A DNA stretch of 64,000 nt from Planctomycetota bacterium (GTDB lineage Bacteria; Planctomycetota; UBA11346): positions 32,001 to 96,000 of the forward strand of contig JBBRLJ010000001.1 in NCBI GenBank assembly GCA_038231435.1, given 5' to 3'. The notes under the pieces were generated by a model. That model was not told the DNA's origin. It was given only the letters and a program-made list of their open reading frames with translations, and made no database searches. Positions 46,199 to 56,418 of this stretch are shown here, piece after piece (within the stretch, counting starts at the first letter, position 1; each line of letters begins with the position of its first letter). The position numbers and the translations under genes were made by a program.

Positions 46199-48265
46199 AT
46201 GCTGCCGGCCATGGACCACGCCATCTCCGCCGGCGACATCGAACGCGCCACCTTCGACCCCACCGTGCCGCCGCTGCATCTGGGCAGCGGACGCTGCGGC
46301 GCGTGCTTCGATGCCTGGGGCCTGCAGGGCGGTGGCGGGCTGGGGCCGCCAGCCGCGGCCGGCGCCACGGTGATCGAGCACAAGGACCACTGGAGCCGCG
46401 ACGTCTGGGGCAAGGACCAGTGGTTGCCGCTGACCCGCCTGGGGTGGGACACCGACCCGGGCACCCCACGTGCGTGGCGCCAGCGCCTGACCCTCGGCGA
46501 CGCGGTGCTCGCCACCGATGCTGAGGGCGAGGGCTGGTCGTGGTCGGTGCGGGCATGGTTCCACCCCGATCAGCGCGACGTACTCGCGCTGCGCATCCGC
46601 TGCGCTGGTGGCGCAGGTAGCCAAGGTGGTAAGCTCCCAGCGCTGGTGCTCGCGCCCGACGTGGGATCGCCGCCGGCGCGCGCCACCTGGCGGATCCTCG
46701 ACACCGGCGAGCGGAGCTGGTCCGCGCGCGTGCGCTGCCCTGGCGGCGCCGACAGCCTGGTGGCACTGCGCATCGTCGGCGTGGCTCCCGCGAGCGTGAC
46801 CAGCGATGCGCGCGGTGCGCGCATCGAACTCGGCGACGGCGAACATCTGCTGCTGATCGGCTGCGGCGCCATCGCCCGCGCGGGGACGATCCAGCAGGCG
46901 CTGGCCGCGGTGGATCCGGCCTCATGGGCCGACTCGGCCGCGGCGGCGTGGGCGCGGCGCTGGGGAGACGCGCGCCTCGAGCTGCCCGATCCGGCGTTGC
47001 AGGCGTGCTGGGCGCGCTCGCTGTTCTGGCAGTTCTGCGGCAACGCCCCCGAGCAGTCGGCACCCGCGCCGCCGTGCGGCCTCACCGGCACGATGTGGCG
47101 CTTCCCCTTCCCCCAGGATCTGTCCTACATCCACCCGGCCCTGCTGCGCGCCGGTCACGCAGACCTGGTCGCGGGCTGGGTCGAACACTTCCGCTCGCAC
47201 CTCGCCTGGCAGGAGGACGTTACCAAGCGCATCTACCGGCGTGCCAGCGACGGCGTTCCGGCTGCTGGCGCGATGTGGGCGTGGGAATTCCCCATCGGCC
47301 CTGGAGCGGACATGCTCGCGCACGGAACGCCGAACTGGTACCAGTTCGAGATCCACAATGCGCACTACCCCGCGCGCATGGCCTGGGATTGCGCGCGCCA
47401 TCGCCGCGATCCCGCATGGACAGAGGCGATCGCGTGGCCGGTGATCCGCGCCTCGGCGCGCTTCTTCGCCTCGGTGCTCGAGCGCGGCGCCGATGGTTTG
47501 TGGGGCATCCACGTGCTGCCATCGAGCGGGCAGGACGAGTACGGCGGCAATGCCAACGACGCGCCCGACTACCTGTGCGCGCTCTATGCGGCGCGCGCGT
47601 GCCTGCGCACCGCGCTCGCCTGCGCCGAGCAGGTTGGCGACCGGCAGACCGAGCACGCCCAGTGGCGGTCGGTGCTCGCGGATGGCCTGGCCTTCGAGCG
47701 GCTGCGCCACGCCCCGACCGGGCTGCTGGTCGCGAACGCGCGCATGACCGGCGGCGCGGCCTTCGGGCATCAGAAGCATCCGATCCAGCTCCAGCCGCTG
47801 ATCTTCAGCCCGATACCAGCGCGCTTCCATGACCGTGCCGATGCCGACGCCGTACGCGCCTATGAACACGCCGACACGCTCTGCGATCGCGGACCCGAGC
47901 GCCCACGCTTCAGCTGGGGCTGGACGAGCCCTGCCCTGTGGGCCGCCGCGTCACGGCTCGGCCGCGGCGAGGATCTGGGTGCGATGCTGGCCGGCCCAGA
48001 ACTCGACCGGCTCCTCGACCGAGGCGGCGCCTCGCTGCGCGAGTCCACCGTGCCGGGCGAGAACGGCTACTACCTCACCAATCACGGTCTCTTCCTGCAG
48101 GCCGTGCAAGACGCGTGCGTCGACGACACCTTCGGCGAGGTGCGCATCGCGGGCGCGCTGCCCGAGTCCTGGCGTGGCGCCACCTGGCGCGGTCTGCGCA
48201 CCGCCGATGGCGGCAGTCACGACGGCACGTGGAACGGCGCGCAGCGGATGCGGTCGCGCGCGTAG
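46199..48265 (+). CDS. Putative (alpha/alpha)6-barrel glycoside hydrolase (GH65/GH95-like fold)
   Basis: LGSGRCGA N-terminus, WRQRLTL, AWARRW, GLTGTMW..FPQD, AWPVIRASARFF, GQDEYG; divergent from AraC; family not certain. Confidence 0.6.
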   Translation: MLPAMDHAISAGDIERATFDPTVPPLHLGSGRCGACFDAWGLQGGGGLGPPAAAGATVIEHKDHWSRDVWGKDQWLPLTRLGWDTDPGTPRAWRQRLTLGDAVLATDAEGEGWSWSVRAWFHPDQRDVLALRIRCAGGAGSQGGKLPALVLAPDVGSPPARATWRILDTGERSWSARVRCPGGADSLVALRIVGVAPASVTSDARGARIELGDGEHLLLIGCGAIARAGTIQQALAAVDPASWADSAAAAWARRWGDARLELPDPALQACWARSLFWQFCGNAPEQSAPAPPCGLTGTMWRFPFPQDLSYIHPALLRAGHADLVAGWVEHFRSHLAWQEDVTKRIYRRASDGVPAAGAMWAWEFPIGPGADMLAHGTPNWYQFEIHNAHYPARMAWDCARHRRDPAWTEAIAWPVIRASARFFASVLERGADGLWGIHVLPSSGQDEYGGNANDAPDYLCALYAARACLRTALACAEQVGDRQTEHAQWRSVLADGLAFERLRHAPTGLLVANARMTGGAAFGHQKHPIQLQPLIFSPIPARFHDRADADAVRAYEHADTLCDRGPERPRFSWGWTSPALWAAASRLGRGEDLGAMLAGPELDRLLDRGGASLRESTVPGENGYYLTNHGLFLQAVQDACVDDTFGEVRIAGALPESWRGATWRGLRTADGGSHDGTWNGAQRMRSRA

Positions 48266-48440
48266 AGAGCGGGAAGGAGAGAGCGTGCGGGACCATCGCC
48301 ACGAGGAGGAATGGAAAACGGCGATCAGCGCTCTTCTCTATTGTCTCCCGTAACACGCCCCACGCCGACCTCCGCCATTGGCTAGATCGCAGCGGACGGC
48401 ATGATGCCACGCACGTCGACGGATGGAGGATCCAGAGCGC

Positions 48441-48893
48441 ATGAAAAATCTCTTCGAAGCCGCGCGGGTCGCCGAAGTGAAGGAGCGCATGGCGCGGCTG
48501 ACATCGGACAGCCAGCGGCAATGGGGCACGATGACTCCAGCGCAGGCGCTGGCGCATTGCTCCGGCGGGATGGGGATGGCCCTGGGCGAGACCGTTCCGC
48601 CGCGCTTGCTGATCGGGCGGATCATCGGCTGGATGGTGAAACCGTTGGCGCTCGGCAACGACGCACCGATGCGCCGGAATTCGCCGACGGTGAAGGATCT
48701 GATGATCAGGGACCAACGCGACCTGGGAACGGAACGGGAACGGTTGATTGGAATGATCGACCGCTTCGCCGCCGCCGGACCGGCGGGGTGCACCACGCAT
48801 CCGCACAGCTTCTTCGGCCGGCTGACACCGGACGAATGGGCGGAGCTCATGTACAAGCATATCGATCATCATCTGCGCCAGTTCGGCGTATAG
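48441..48893 (+). CDS. DUF1569 (DinB-like) protein
   Basis: GGAGGA RBS; MKNLF..RQWGTMTPAQALAHC..HSFFGRLTPDEW..KHIDHHLRQFGV. Confidence 0.9.
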   Translation: MKNLFEAARVAEVKERMARLTSDSQRQWGTMTPAQALAHCSGGMGMALGETVPPRLLIGRIIGWMVKPLALGNDAPMRRNSPTVKDLMIRDQRDLGTERERLIGMIDRFAAAGPAGCTTHPHSFFGRLTPDEWAELMYKHIDHHLRQFGV

Positions 48894-48980
48894 GGCCGAC
48901 CGTCCCGCGCGCGCTATCCAGCCCGCATCCTGCCCTCATCACACCATCGAGCACGCCGTCCCGATTCCCTCGGAGATCCC

Positions 48981-50996
48981 ATGCGCGTCTTCCTGCTCTT
49001 GGTGTCGGTCCTCGCCAGCAATGCCGCAAACGCCTCCGACGCCGCGAAAGCCGGAGATGCCGCTGGCGAGGTCACCCAGCCCATCGACGAACGCGCGGTG
49101 CTCCGCCGGCTTCCGGTCGACCATGGCTGGCTCGACGTCGTGGGCGATCTCGGCGTGCCGGCGCGGGGCTGGACGCGCATCGACCACTTCGCCGCCGCGC
49201 CCGAGCTGCTCGTCGCCGATGAAGTCGACGGGCGCCACTGGCGCGGCACGATGCTCGACGGTCGCCTGCGCGTGCGCCAGACGCTGTCGCGCGAGGGACG
49301 CGAGGGCACAGGAGGAGATGCATTGCGCATCACCCTCGAGGTCGACGAATCCAGCGACCCCGCGGCGCCAGGCGCGGCCGACCACGAACCCGTGCAATGG
49401 ATGCTCGACTTGCCCACGGCAGCCTGGGCCGGCGGCACCTGGCGCGTCGATGATCGTTCGGGGACGCTGCCGGCGACGCTCCACGAGGGCTCGCCGCACC
49501 TCGACTCGCGCGGCGGTTCGCGCATCGAGCTCGGCACCGCCGATGGCACGTCCGGCGTGGTCGTCAGGCTGCCTGCCGGTTCCGCCGCGCTGCTCCAGGA
49601 CGGACGCGGCTGGGGGAACTCGTTCAACCTGTACCTGCCACTGGCGCGCGGCGCCGATGGTCGGTGGTCGCTGTCGTTCACGATCGCGGCCACCGGCACC
49701 ATCGATCACGCGCCCGCCGCCATCGTGGTCGGCGCGGCTGGCGTGGCTGGCGCGACTCATGACGAGCGCATCGCCGGTCTCGGCGGCAACTGGTGCTTCG
49801 ACATCGATGGGCCGACCACTGTGCGCAGTCGCGCGCTGCTGCGCTCGGGCTGGGCGCGTACCGAGATGGACCTGTCGCGCCTGCCGGAGCCGCAAGCCGA
49901 TGCCGAGCCGGCCGCGTGGGCCACGGAGGCGCTGGCAGCGCTCGATGGTGCGCATGGCGAAGCGGCCGATCGCGAACACCTCGCGCTGACCGGCGCGTTC
50001 GCCGGCGAGCACGTCACGGTGCTGACCTCGCTGTGGCGGGCACCCGATTGGATGCTGGAACCGCCAGTACGCGAATCCGGCAACCACATCGCCGCCGAGC
50101 GCTGGCGCTGGTTCACCGCCGCTGCCACGGCGTGGCTCGCGCGGGCGCGCGCTCACGGAGGCGAGCCGGCCTACTTCGCCTTCAACGAGCCCGATTGGGG
50201 CGTACGCATCAAGCTGACGCCCGTGGAACAGCGCGACGCGATCGTGCGACTCGGCGCCGCGTTCGCAGCCGCCGGGCTGCGCACCCGGCTCGCGGCTGGC
50301 GATATCACCAACGCCCGCGACACCATCGCCTACGTGCGCCCGTCGGTCGAGGATGCCCAGGCACGCCGGTACATCGGCTGCATCGCCGTGCACTCGTGGG
50401 GCGGCGCCACGCCCGCGCAGTGGGGCGCGTGGCGCGCATACGCTACCGGGCGCCAGCTGCCCTTGGTGATCTCGGAGGTCGGCCCCGACGCCGAGGCCTG
50501 GCGCTACGGAGCATTCCGAGCGCGCCGTTACCAGGTGGCTGAGGCCGAGCATCTGCTGGGGATCCTGCGCGACGCGCGCCCCGACGCGGCGCTGCGCTGG
50601 GAATTCACCGGCGACTACGATCCGTTCGACGGCGAACGCCCGACCATGCGCTACAGCGTGTGGCGCTGGGCGATCGCGGCGCTGCCGGTGGACGCGGCCT
50701 ACCGCGCGTGCTCCAGCGATCGCGAGCGCGTGCTGGCGGTCGCAGCGACGGTCGGCGACGGCGGTTCGCTGCTGCTCGTCAACACCGGCTGGCGTCGGGC
50801 GGCGCGGATCTCCGGCCTGCCGCGCGGCTCGTATCATGCGGCGATGGCGACCCCCGAGGCGCCGTGGTCGCGGCTGCCGGATGTCACGATCGCAGGGGTC
50901 ACCGGGGATGCGACGACGCTCGATCTGCCGGCCGACGCCTTCGTCGTGCTCACCACGGCGGCGCTGCCCGCAACGTGGGACGAACCGGCACACTGA
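48981..50996 (+). CDS. Secreted clan-A-like glycoside hydrolase (GH30/GH5-like)
   Basis: Signal peptide; FNEPD, AVHSWGG, LVISEVG; C-terminal beta-sandwich (LLLVN..LPADAFVVL). Confidence 0.65.
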   Translation: MRVFLLLVSVLASNAANASDAAKAGDAAGEVTQPIDERAVLRRLPVDHGWLDVVGDLGVPARGWTRIDHFAAAPELLVADEVDGRHWRGTMLDGRLRVRQTLSREGREGTGGDALRITLEVDESSDPAAPGAADHEPVQWMLDLPTAAWAGGTWRVDDRSGTLPATLHEGSPHLDSRGGSRIELGTADGTSGVVVRLPAGSAALLQDGRGWGNSFNLYLPLARGADGRWSLSFTIAATGTIDHAPAAIVVGAAGVAGATHDERIAGLGGNWCFDIDGPTTVRSRALLRSGWARTEMDLSRLPEPQADAEPAAWATEALAALDGAHGEAADREHLALTGAFAGEHVTVLTSLWRAPDWMLEPPVRESGNHIAAERWRWFTAAATAWLARARAHGGEPAYFAFNEPDWGVRIKLTPVEQRDAIVRLGAAFAAAGLRTRLAAGDITNARDTIAYVRPSVEDAQARRYIGCIAVHSWGGATPAQWGAWRAYATGRQLPLVISEVGPDAEAWRYGAFRARRYQVAEAEHLLGILRDARPDAALRWEFTGDYDPFDGERPTMRYSVWRWAIAALPVDAAYRACSSDRERVLAVAATVGDGGSLLLVNTGWRRAARISGLPRGSYHAAMATPEAPWSRLPDVTIAGVTGDATTLDLPADAFVVLTTAALPATWDEPAH

Positions 50997-51251
50997 GGTC
51001 TTACCTGTTCGTCGCGCCTTCGACGACCCCCGACGTCCCTGGCTGAATCACAGGGCCCATCATCCGGATCCAGGCACGTAGCGCCCCCTGCCTGCTCGCC
51101 ATCCGTGCCCGACTTTCGTCGCTACATCCTTTCCCATCGAGCGATGCCGACGCCGAGCCCCCTCCTTCGATGTAGCGGTGGACCTGTCGCCGGAAGCGTG
51201 CTCCCCAGGCCCTCTCTTCCCACGCCGCCACTTCCGCTAGTGTGCCCTGCC

Positions 51252-52208
51252 ATGAAACCCGCACACGCCGCCACCTCCACCTACCGCTTCATCCACGACC
51301 ACTTCAAGCTCCCGGCGGGTTTCCCCCTCGGTGATTGCCATGGGCTGGCCGTCGACAAGCGCGACCACGTATTCCTCCTCCAGCAGAACGGCGACGACAC
51401 GCATCCCGCGATCTGCGAGTTCGATCCGCAGGGCACGTTCGTCCGCGGCTGGGGGAACAAGGTCGCGCGCGGCGCCCACGGCCTGGCGTACGATAAGCGC
51501 GGCGACCAGGAATTCCTCTACGTCATCGATTACGAGAACGGCGGCATCATGGTGAAGTGCTCGCTCGACGGCAAGGAGCTGCTCGAGATCAAGGGCGCCC
51601 CCAAGCACGCCGCGTATCCGAATGGCAATGGCTACCGCCCAACCGACGTCGCCGTCGCCCCCAACGGCGACATCTACATCACCGACGGCTACGGCGCGTC
51701 GCTGATCCACCGCTACGACGCTGCCGGCAAGTATCAGCAGACCATCGGCTGGAAGGGTAATGGCCCCGGCCAGTTCGACTGCCCGCACGGCATCTGTGTC
51801 GACGCGCGCGGTTCCGAGCCGGTGCTGCTGGTCGCCGACCGCGCCAACGTGCGCGTGCAGGTGCTGTCGCTCACCGGCGAGCACAAGCAGACCATCATCT
51901 CACGCGGCCTGCGCTACCCGTGCACCGTGCGCGTGGCGGGCGACCTCACCATCATCCCCGACCTCTTCGGCGCCGCGCTCGTGTGGGACAAGGAGTACAA
52001 GCACGTCGCCACGCTCGGCGCCCATCCAGACATGCGCCCCGGCCAGTGGCCGAGCCATGTCGCCGGCTACCCCAGCGTGCCGCGCGAGGACCGCATCGAC
52101 GGGCGCTTCATCAGCCCGCACGGGATCACCGCCGATTCGAAGGGCAACATCTACGTCGGCGAATGGCTGCGCGATGGCGGCCGCCTGACCAAGCTCAGTC
52201 CAGCCTGA
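51252..52208 (+). CDS. NHL-repeat six-bladed propeller (peptidyl-alpha-hydroxyglycine lyase-like family)
   Basis: HGLAVD, GAHGL, PTDVAVAPNGDIYITDGYG, GPGQFDCPHGI, VADRANVRVQ, FISPHGITADSKGNIYVGEW. Confidence 0.85.
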   Translation: MKPAHAATSTYRFIHDHFKLPAGFPLGDCHGLAVDKRDHVFLLQQNGDDTHPAICEFDPQGTFVRGWGNKVARGAHGLAYDKRGDQEFLYVIDYENGGIMVKCSLDGKELLEIKGAPKHAAYPNGNGYRPTDVAVAPNGDIYITDGYGASLIHRYDAAGKYQQTIGWKGNGPGQFDCPHGICVDARGSEPVLLVADRANVRVQVLSLTGEHKQTIISRGLRYPCTVRVAGDLTIIPDLFGAALVWDKEYKHVATLGAHPDMRPGQWPSHVAGYPSVPREDRIDGRFISPHGITADSKGNIYVGEWLRDGGRLTKLSPA

Positions 52209-52245
52209 GCTCGTCCAATCCTGGATCGACGACCGCTGCCTCACC

Positions 52246-53160
52246 TCATCCGACCTCGACTCCCCCGTATCCCGCCTCCACCCTCGGCACCGCCTCGAGC
52301 GACGGCACCCGGTAGCGCGGATCCGCGCGATCCGCATCAAAGGCGATGCCGATGCGCGTCCATCCCCCCTCGATGTCAAAGGCGTGGTCGCCGGTGAGAT
52401 GACGCCACAGGCGGGTGCGATGCATGAACTCGACGAGATGGTTCGACATCCATGGATGGCCACGGCGGAAGACCGGGTGCGGATCGTAGGTGCCGAGCTC
52501 CGAGGTGTCCCACAGGCGTACCTGCGGCACGGTCGGATTCAGGCGCAGCTTGAACATGGTGCGTGGCCGCGGGCTCAGATTCGGGCGCCCCGCGTGCCAC
52601 AGCGCGCCGTGCCACGCGACGATGGTGCCGGCCGGGCAGACCACCTGGGTCGCGCCACGCATGTGCTGATAGCGGTAGAGATTATTGTCGTGCGGGCGGC
52701 GGAAGTGGGTGCCGGGGACCACCAGGGTGCCGCCCATCTCGCGCGTGACCTCATGCGGGAAGATGCTGAGGTTGATGTCGAAGGTGAACGGGCGCAGGTC
52801 GACGGCGAAATCCTGGTGGATGCTCGCGCCGCCGGTGTTGCGCCTGAAGGCCCCGGCTGGCCGGGTATGATTGACGTGGTGGTCGTAGAGCGGTTGCGGA
52901 CCGACCAAGCTGTGGATCAGCCCACGCACCGCCGGCAGTTCGAGGACCTCGCGCATGGCGGTCGCGCGCCACGTGCCTTCGAGCATGCCCGCGAGCGGAC
53001 GGTTGTACGGATGGACGACGCGCGATTCACCAAGATCGCCGGCCTCGAGTTCGGCCTGGAAGCGCCGGCACAGGTCTTCGGGGACGATACGGTCGAAGCG
53101 CAGGTAGCCCTGGTCGGTGAACTCGGCCATCTGGGCGGTGGTGAGCAGCCGGTCATGCAT
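52246..53160 (-). CDS. PhyH family Fe(II)/2OG dioxygenase
   Basis: FTDQGYLRFD, IHQDF, MGGTLVVPGTH, AWHGALWHAG. Confidence 0.88.
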   Translation of the reverse strand: MHDRLLTTAQMAEFTDQGYLRFDRIVPEDLCRRFQAELEAGDLGESRVVHPYNRPLAGMLEGTWRATAMREVLELPAVRGLIHSLVGPQPLYDHHVNHTRPAGAFRRNTGGASIHQDFAVDLRPFTFDINLSIFPHEVTREMGGTLVVPGTHFRRPHDNNLYRYQHMRGATQVVCPAGTIVAWHGALWHAGRPNLSPRPRTMFKLRLNPTVPQVRLWDTSELGTYDPHPVFRRGHPWMSNHLVEFMHRTRLWRHLTGDHAFDIEGGWTRIGIAFDADRADPRYRVPSLEAVPRVEAGYGGVEVG

Positions 53161-53536
53161 GGCGCGTCTCCTGCGTGGCCTTCTCCAACGTAGTCTTTGC
53201 CATCGCATCCAGCGGCGGCGCGACGCAGTCCTCGAGCTTCTCGAGCACGAACTCGTTCGGCAGCGGTCCCGAGACGTAGCCGTTGTCGGTCGTAGAGGCC
53301 TGGATCTCCGGGAACTTGATCACACGCCAGCCATCGCGCATGGCCGCAAGCACGCTCGCGTACGGCGGCTCGCGGTCATCGCCCTCGAAGTCGGAGTGGC
53401 CAGTGCCGTCGTACTCGGCCCACACCACCACCTCGCTGGTCAAGCAGGCGTTCTGCAGGTAGAGCACCAGCAGGCGCTGGCGCAGAGTGTTTGCCGCGCG
53501 GGCTGTGGCGGGGGGATGTGCGGCGAGCGTGCTCAT
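53153..53536 (-). CDS. Small hypothetical protein overlapping the PhyH gene
   Basis: GGAGGA RBS; RQRLLVLYL..WAEYDGTG..PPYASVLAAMRDGWRVI..EFVLEKL; 8-nt overlap with the PhyH start. Confidence 0.7.
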   Translation of the reverse strand: MSTLAAHPPATARAANTLRQRLLVLYLQNACLTSEVVVWAEYDGTGHSDFEGDDREPPYASVLAAMRDGWRVIKFPEIQASTTDNGYVSGPLPNEFVLEKLEDCVAPPLDAMAKTTLEKATQETRHA

Positions 53537-53627
53537 CGTTTCCTCCATGCTTGCACGATGGCGTCGGCGACCGACGGTGTCCATGTCGTAAACGGGAACC
53601 TGTATGTCTTTATCGGCGTCTCCACGC

Positions 53628-54446
53628 ATGGTCGTGCCATCTTCGCTGCCTTCTGGCGCATGGTTGCAGCTGGCGATTGTCCGATTCGGCCTGGTCGAGA
53701 TGGACGCGCGACTCGACCGTGCCGCCTGGCAGGACCCGTTCTGGAAGATCTACCTCCATGCCGAGCCCGGAGGCGAGGTCGTCGACGAGCGCGGCCGCAC
53801 CACCCTGCTCGCACCGCGGACCATCGTCGTGCTACCTGCCTGGCAGCGTTGGCAGGTGGTGACGCGGCGCACGCTCGAGCACCTGTACGTGGTGGTCGAC
53901 GCGCCCCAGCTCCCGGCCTCGCTGGTGCGCCGGCATTTCCTCGGCGCGTGGACCATGCCAGACGAACGCGCCTGGCGCGATCGCGCGCGCGGCCTTGCCG
54001 CCGCGGGCGGACGCATCCAGGCCGTACGAGCGCCGACGCTGTCCGACGCCTGCGCCATCCAGGCGCTGTGCAACCGCGTCTTCGAGAGCCTGCTCGCGCC
54101 GCTCGCTTCGACGACGCCGCCGCCCGAGCCGGTGCGGGCTGCGCTCGAACATCTCGACGCCCACCTCGATGGCGATTGCCGCGCCTCGCTGCTCGCGCGC
54201 CGTGCCGGCGTGGGCATCAAAAGCCTCAACGCGGCGTTCCGCTCCGCGCTGGGCGTGAGTGCCGCATCCTACGTGCGCGAACGCCGCATCGCGCGCGCGG
54301 CCGACCTCCTCCTGACCAGCGCCTGGGGACTGGAGCGCATCGCCGAGGCCGCCGGATTCCCGAACCGGCATTACCTGACGCGGGTGTTCACGCGACGGAT
54401 GGGCGTGCCGCCCGCGCGGTACCGCGCGCAACGCGCTCCGCGCTGA
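53628..54446 (+). CDS. AraC family transcriptional regulator
   Basis: DPFWKIY; LARRAGVGIKSLNAAF..RIARAADLL..IAEAAGFPNRHYLTRVF..PPARYR. Confidence 0.9.
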   Translation: MVVPSSLPSGAWLQLAIVRFGLVEMDARLDRAAWQDPFWKIYLHAEPGGEVVDERGRTTLLAPRTIVVLPAWQRWQVVTRRTLEHLYVVVDAPQLPASLVRRHFLGAWTMPDERAWRDRARGLAAAGGRIQAVRAPTLSDACAIQALCNRVFESLLAPLASTTPPPEPVRAALEHLDAHLDGDCRASLLARRAGVGIKSLNAAFRSALGVSAASYVRERRIARAADLLLTSAWGLERIAEAAGFPNRHYLTRVFTRRMGVPPARYRAQRAPR

Positions 54447-54524
54447 GCGTTGCCGGGCGGCCAACGCACAGAGTTCGGCGAAGTGCGGCCTTGCCGCGAT
54501 TCAGATCCTAGGGTATTCGTAACC

Positions 54525-56000
54525 ATGCGCTTTCTTCTGCCCCTGGTATTCGTCGCTGGCCCAGGTTTCGCCGCCGTCGACGCGGATCTCCCCACCTGGC
54601 CCGACCCAGCGACCTTCACACCCGGCCAGGAGAACAAGTTCCGCTTGCCGGGCTTCGCGCCCTACCTCGCCTACCCGGACAAGGACCCGTACTACAACGT
54701 GCTGATGGTACCGGCGAATTACGACCCGAAGCGCTCGTATCCCCTCGGCATCGAGTTCCAGCCGCAGAACGGCAAGCCGAGCAGCTGGTTCCTCGCGCAC
54801 GCCAATGACAATCAATCGTTCGTGCTCGGCGTGTCGTGGATGATCCCGGCAAGCGCCAAGGACCGCAAGGAGGGCGACGAGACCAAGGGCCCCGACGACG
54901 TCCATATCGGCCCGATCCTGCACATGGCGACGATCCAGTGGGTGCTCGAGCATTTCAACGTCGATCGAGCGCGCGTCTTCGTCGGCGGCATGTCGGCCGG
55001 CGGCTGGGCGGCGTCCTCCGAGGGCATGTCGGGATTCTTCAAGAACGTCAGTACCCATTTCGTCATCCTCAATGCCGGCAACCGCGGCACCTACAACCCG
55101 GCTTGGTTTGCCGGCGATTTCGCCTTCGTCGCCTCGGGCACCGCCGACTTCAACAACGCCGCCGCGCTGCAGGCGATCGACGAGCTCTCGAAGGCGAAGC
55201 TCGACGTCACCCATTACGAGGAGCCAGGCATCGGCCACGACGTCGGCCCACAGACCTACATCAAGCTCGCCGAGTGGTATCGGCGCTTCGATCCCTCGGC
55301 GCATGCCCAGGAATGGCTCGACCAGGCCACGGCCGCGCTGGCCGACAAGGCGACCAAGGATCCGACGGCGGCGCTCGCGCAACTGGCCGAGGTCGCGACG
55401 CTCGGTGAGAACAGTCCGCAAGGCAAGGCCGCGCGCGAAGCCCTGCTCGCGCGCGAAGGCGACGCGCTGACCACCTACGAGCGCGGCTACGACGCCCTGC
55501 TGCACCGTCGCTACGCGGAAGCCCAGAAACTGCTCATCGCCGCGCAGAAGGCCGCGGCGAAGACCCGGACGCCGCGCATCATGACCCTCGCGAGCAAGCG
55601 TCTGGCCGAGATCCAGGAATGGATGTTCAGCGAGGAATCGGTCGCGCTCCAGGCGGCGCACGCCGCCGGGCGCGATCTCGAGGCGGCGGCCCTGGCACAG
55701 GACTGCGCCACGCGCTGGAAGGACGAACCCAAGGACTGGCCTGCGAACATCACCATGTGGATCAAGGTGACCACCGCCCTGGCGCAGGCGCAGAAGCCCG
55801 ATCCCAAGCATCGCCAGGCGCAGCTCGATCTGGTCAAATGGCGCCTCGCGCTGATGACCGCCAAGGCCGACGGCGCGGCCGACAACAAGAAGGGCCACGA
55901 CATCCTCTCGGCGATCGTCGACGCCCTGCCCGATTCCGGCGAGGCCGCCGAGGCGAAGGAATTGCTGACGCGCTGGCCGGTGGTCGAAGCCAAGAAGTAG
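54525..56000 (+). CDS. Secreted alpha/beta-hydrolase with helical C-terminal domain
   Basis: Signal peptide; VPANYDPKRSYPL, VDRARVFVGGMSAGG (GxSxG), GTADFN, PGIGH. Confidence 0.8.
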   Translation: MRFLLPLVFVAGPGFAAVDADLPTWPDPATFTPGQENKFRLPGFAPYLAYPDKDPYYNVLMVPANYDPKRSYPLGIEFQPQNGKPSSWFLAHANDNQSFVLGVSWMIPASAKDRKEGDETKGPDDVHIGPILHMATIQWVLEHFNVDRARVFVGGMSAGGWAASSEGMSGFFKNVSTHFVILNAGNRGTYNPAWFAGDFAFVASGTADFNNAAALQAIDELSKAKLDVTHYEEPGIGHDVGPQTYIKLAEWYRRFDPSAHAQEWLDQATAALADKATKDPTAALAQLAEVATLGENSPQGKAAREALLAREGDALTTYERGYDALLHRRYAEAQKLLIAAQKAAAKTRTPRIMTLASKRLAEIQEWMFSEESVALQAAHAAGRDLEAAALAQDCATRWKDEPKDWPANITMWIKVTTALAQAQKPDPKHRQAQLDLVKWRLALMTAKADGAADNKKGHDILSAIVDALPDSGEAAEAKELLTRWPVVEAKK

Positions 56001-56022
56001 GTCGCGGTCGGAAGCCGCCCTC

Positions 56023-56343
56023 TCAGTCCGCGCGGACATCCTGCGACGGATAGAACCAGCGGGCGGTCGGCATGCTTGAATCCGCTGGCGGTCGCGGCTC
56101 GACCGCCTCCACATCGACCGCGGTCACCTCACTGCATGCGAAGCTCGTCTCCTCGCCGGAATCATCCCGCAGGGTGGCGTGCCGCGCCGACGACAGCAAT
56201 TCCCACCAGTAGCCGACGAGCGCGACCTCGTCCGCGCAGTAGCGGCTGCGGAAACGCACCCGCCGTCCATCCATGAGCGTGAGGCTGAGCATGCGCTGTT
56301 GGAGCGAGCCGAGCTTCGCCTGGCGGTAGATGCGGGTCGTCAC
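56023..56343 (-). CDS. Hypothetical protein
   Basis: 106-aa ORF filling the gap; no recognisable motif. Confidence 0.4.
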   Translation of the reverse strand: MTTRIYRQAKLGSLQQRMLSLTLMDGRRVRFRSRYCADEVALVGYWWELLSSARHATLRDDSGEETSFACSEVTAVDVEAVEPRPPADSSMPTARWFYPSQDVRAD

Positions 56344-56418
56344 GGGTCACAGCCTATGGCCGACCGCCGTCTATTCGTGCTGTTTTACCCGCTAGAGCCT
56401 TCGGGGTAGGCGGGGTGG

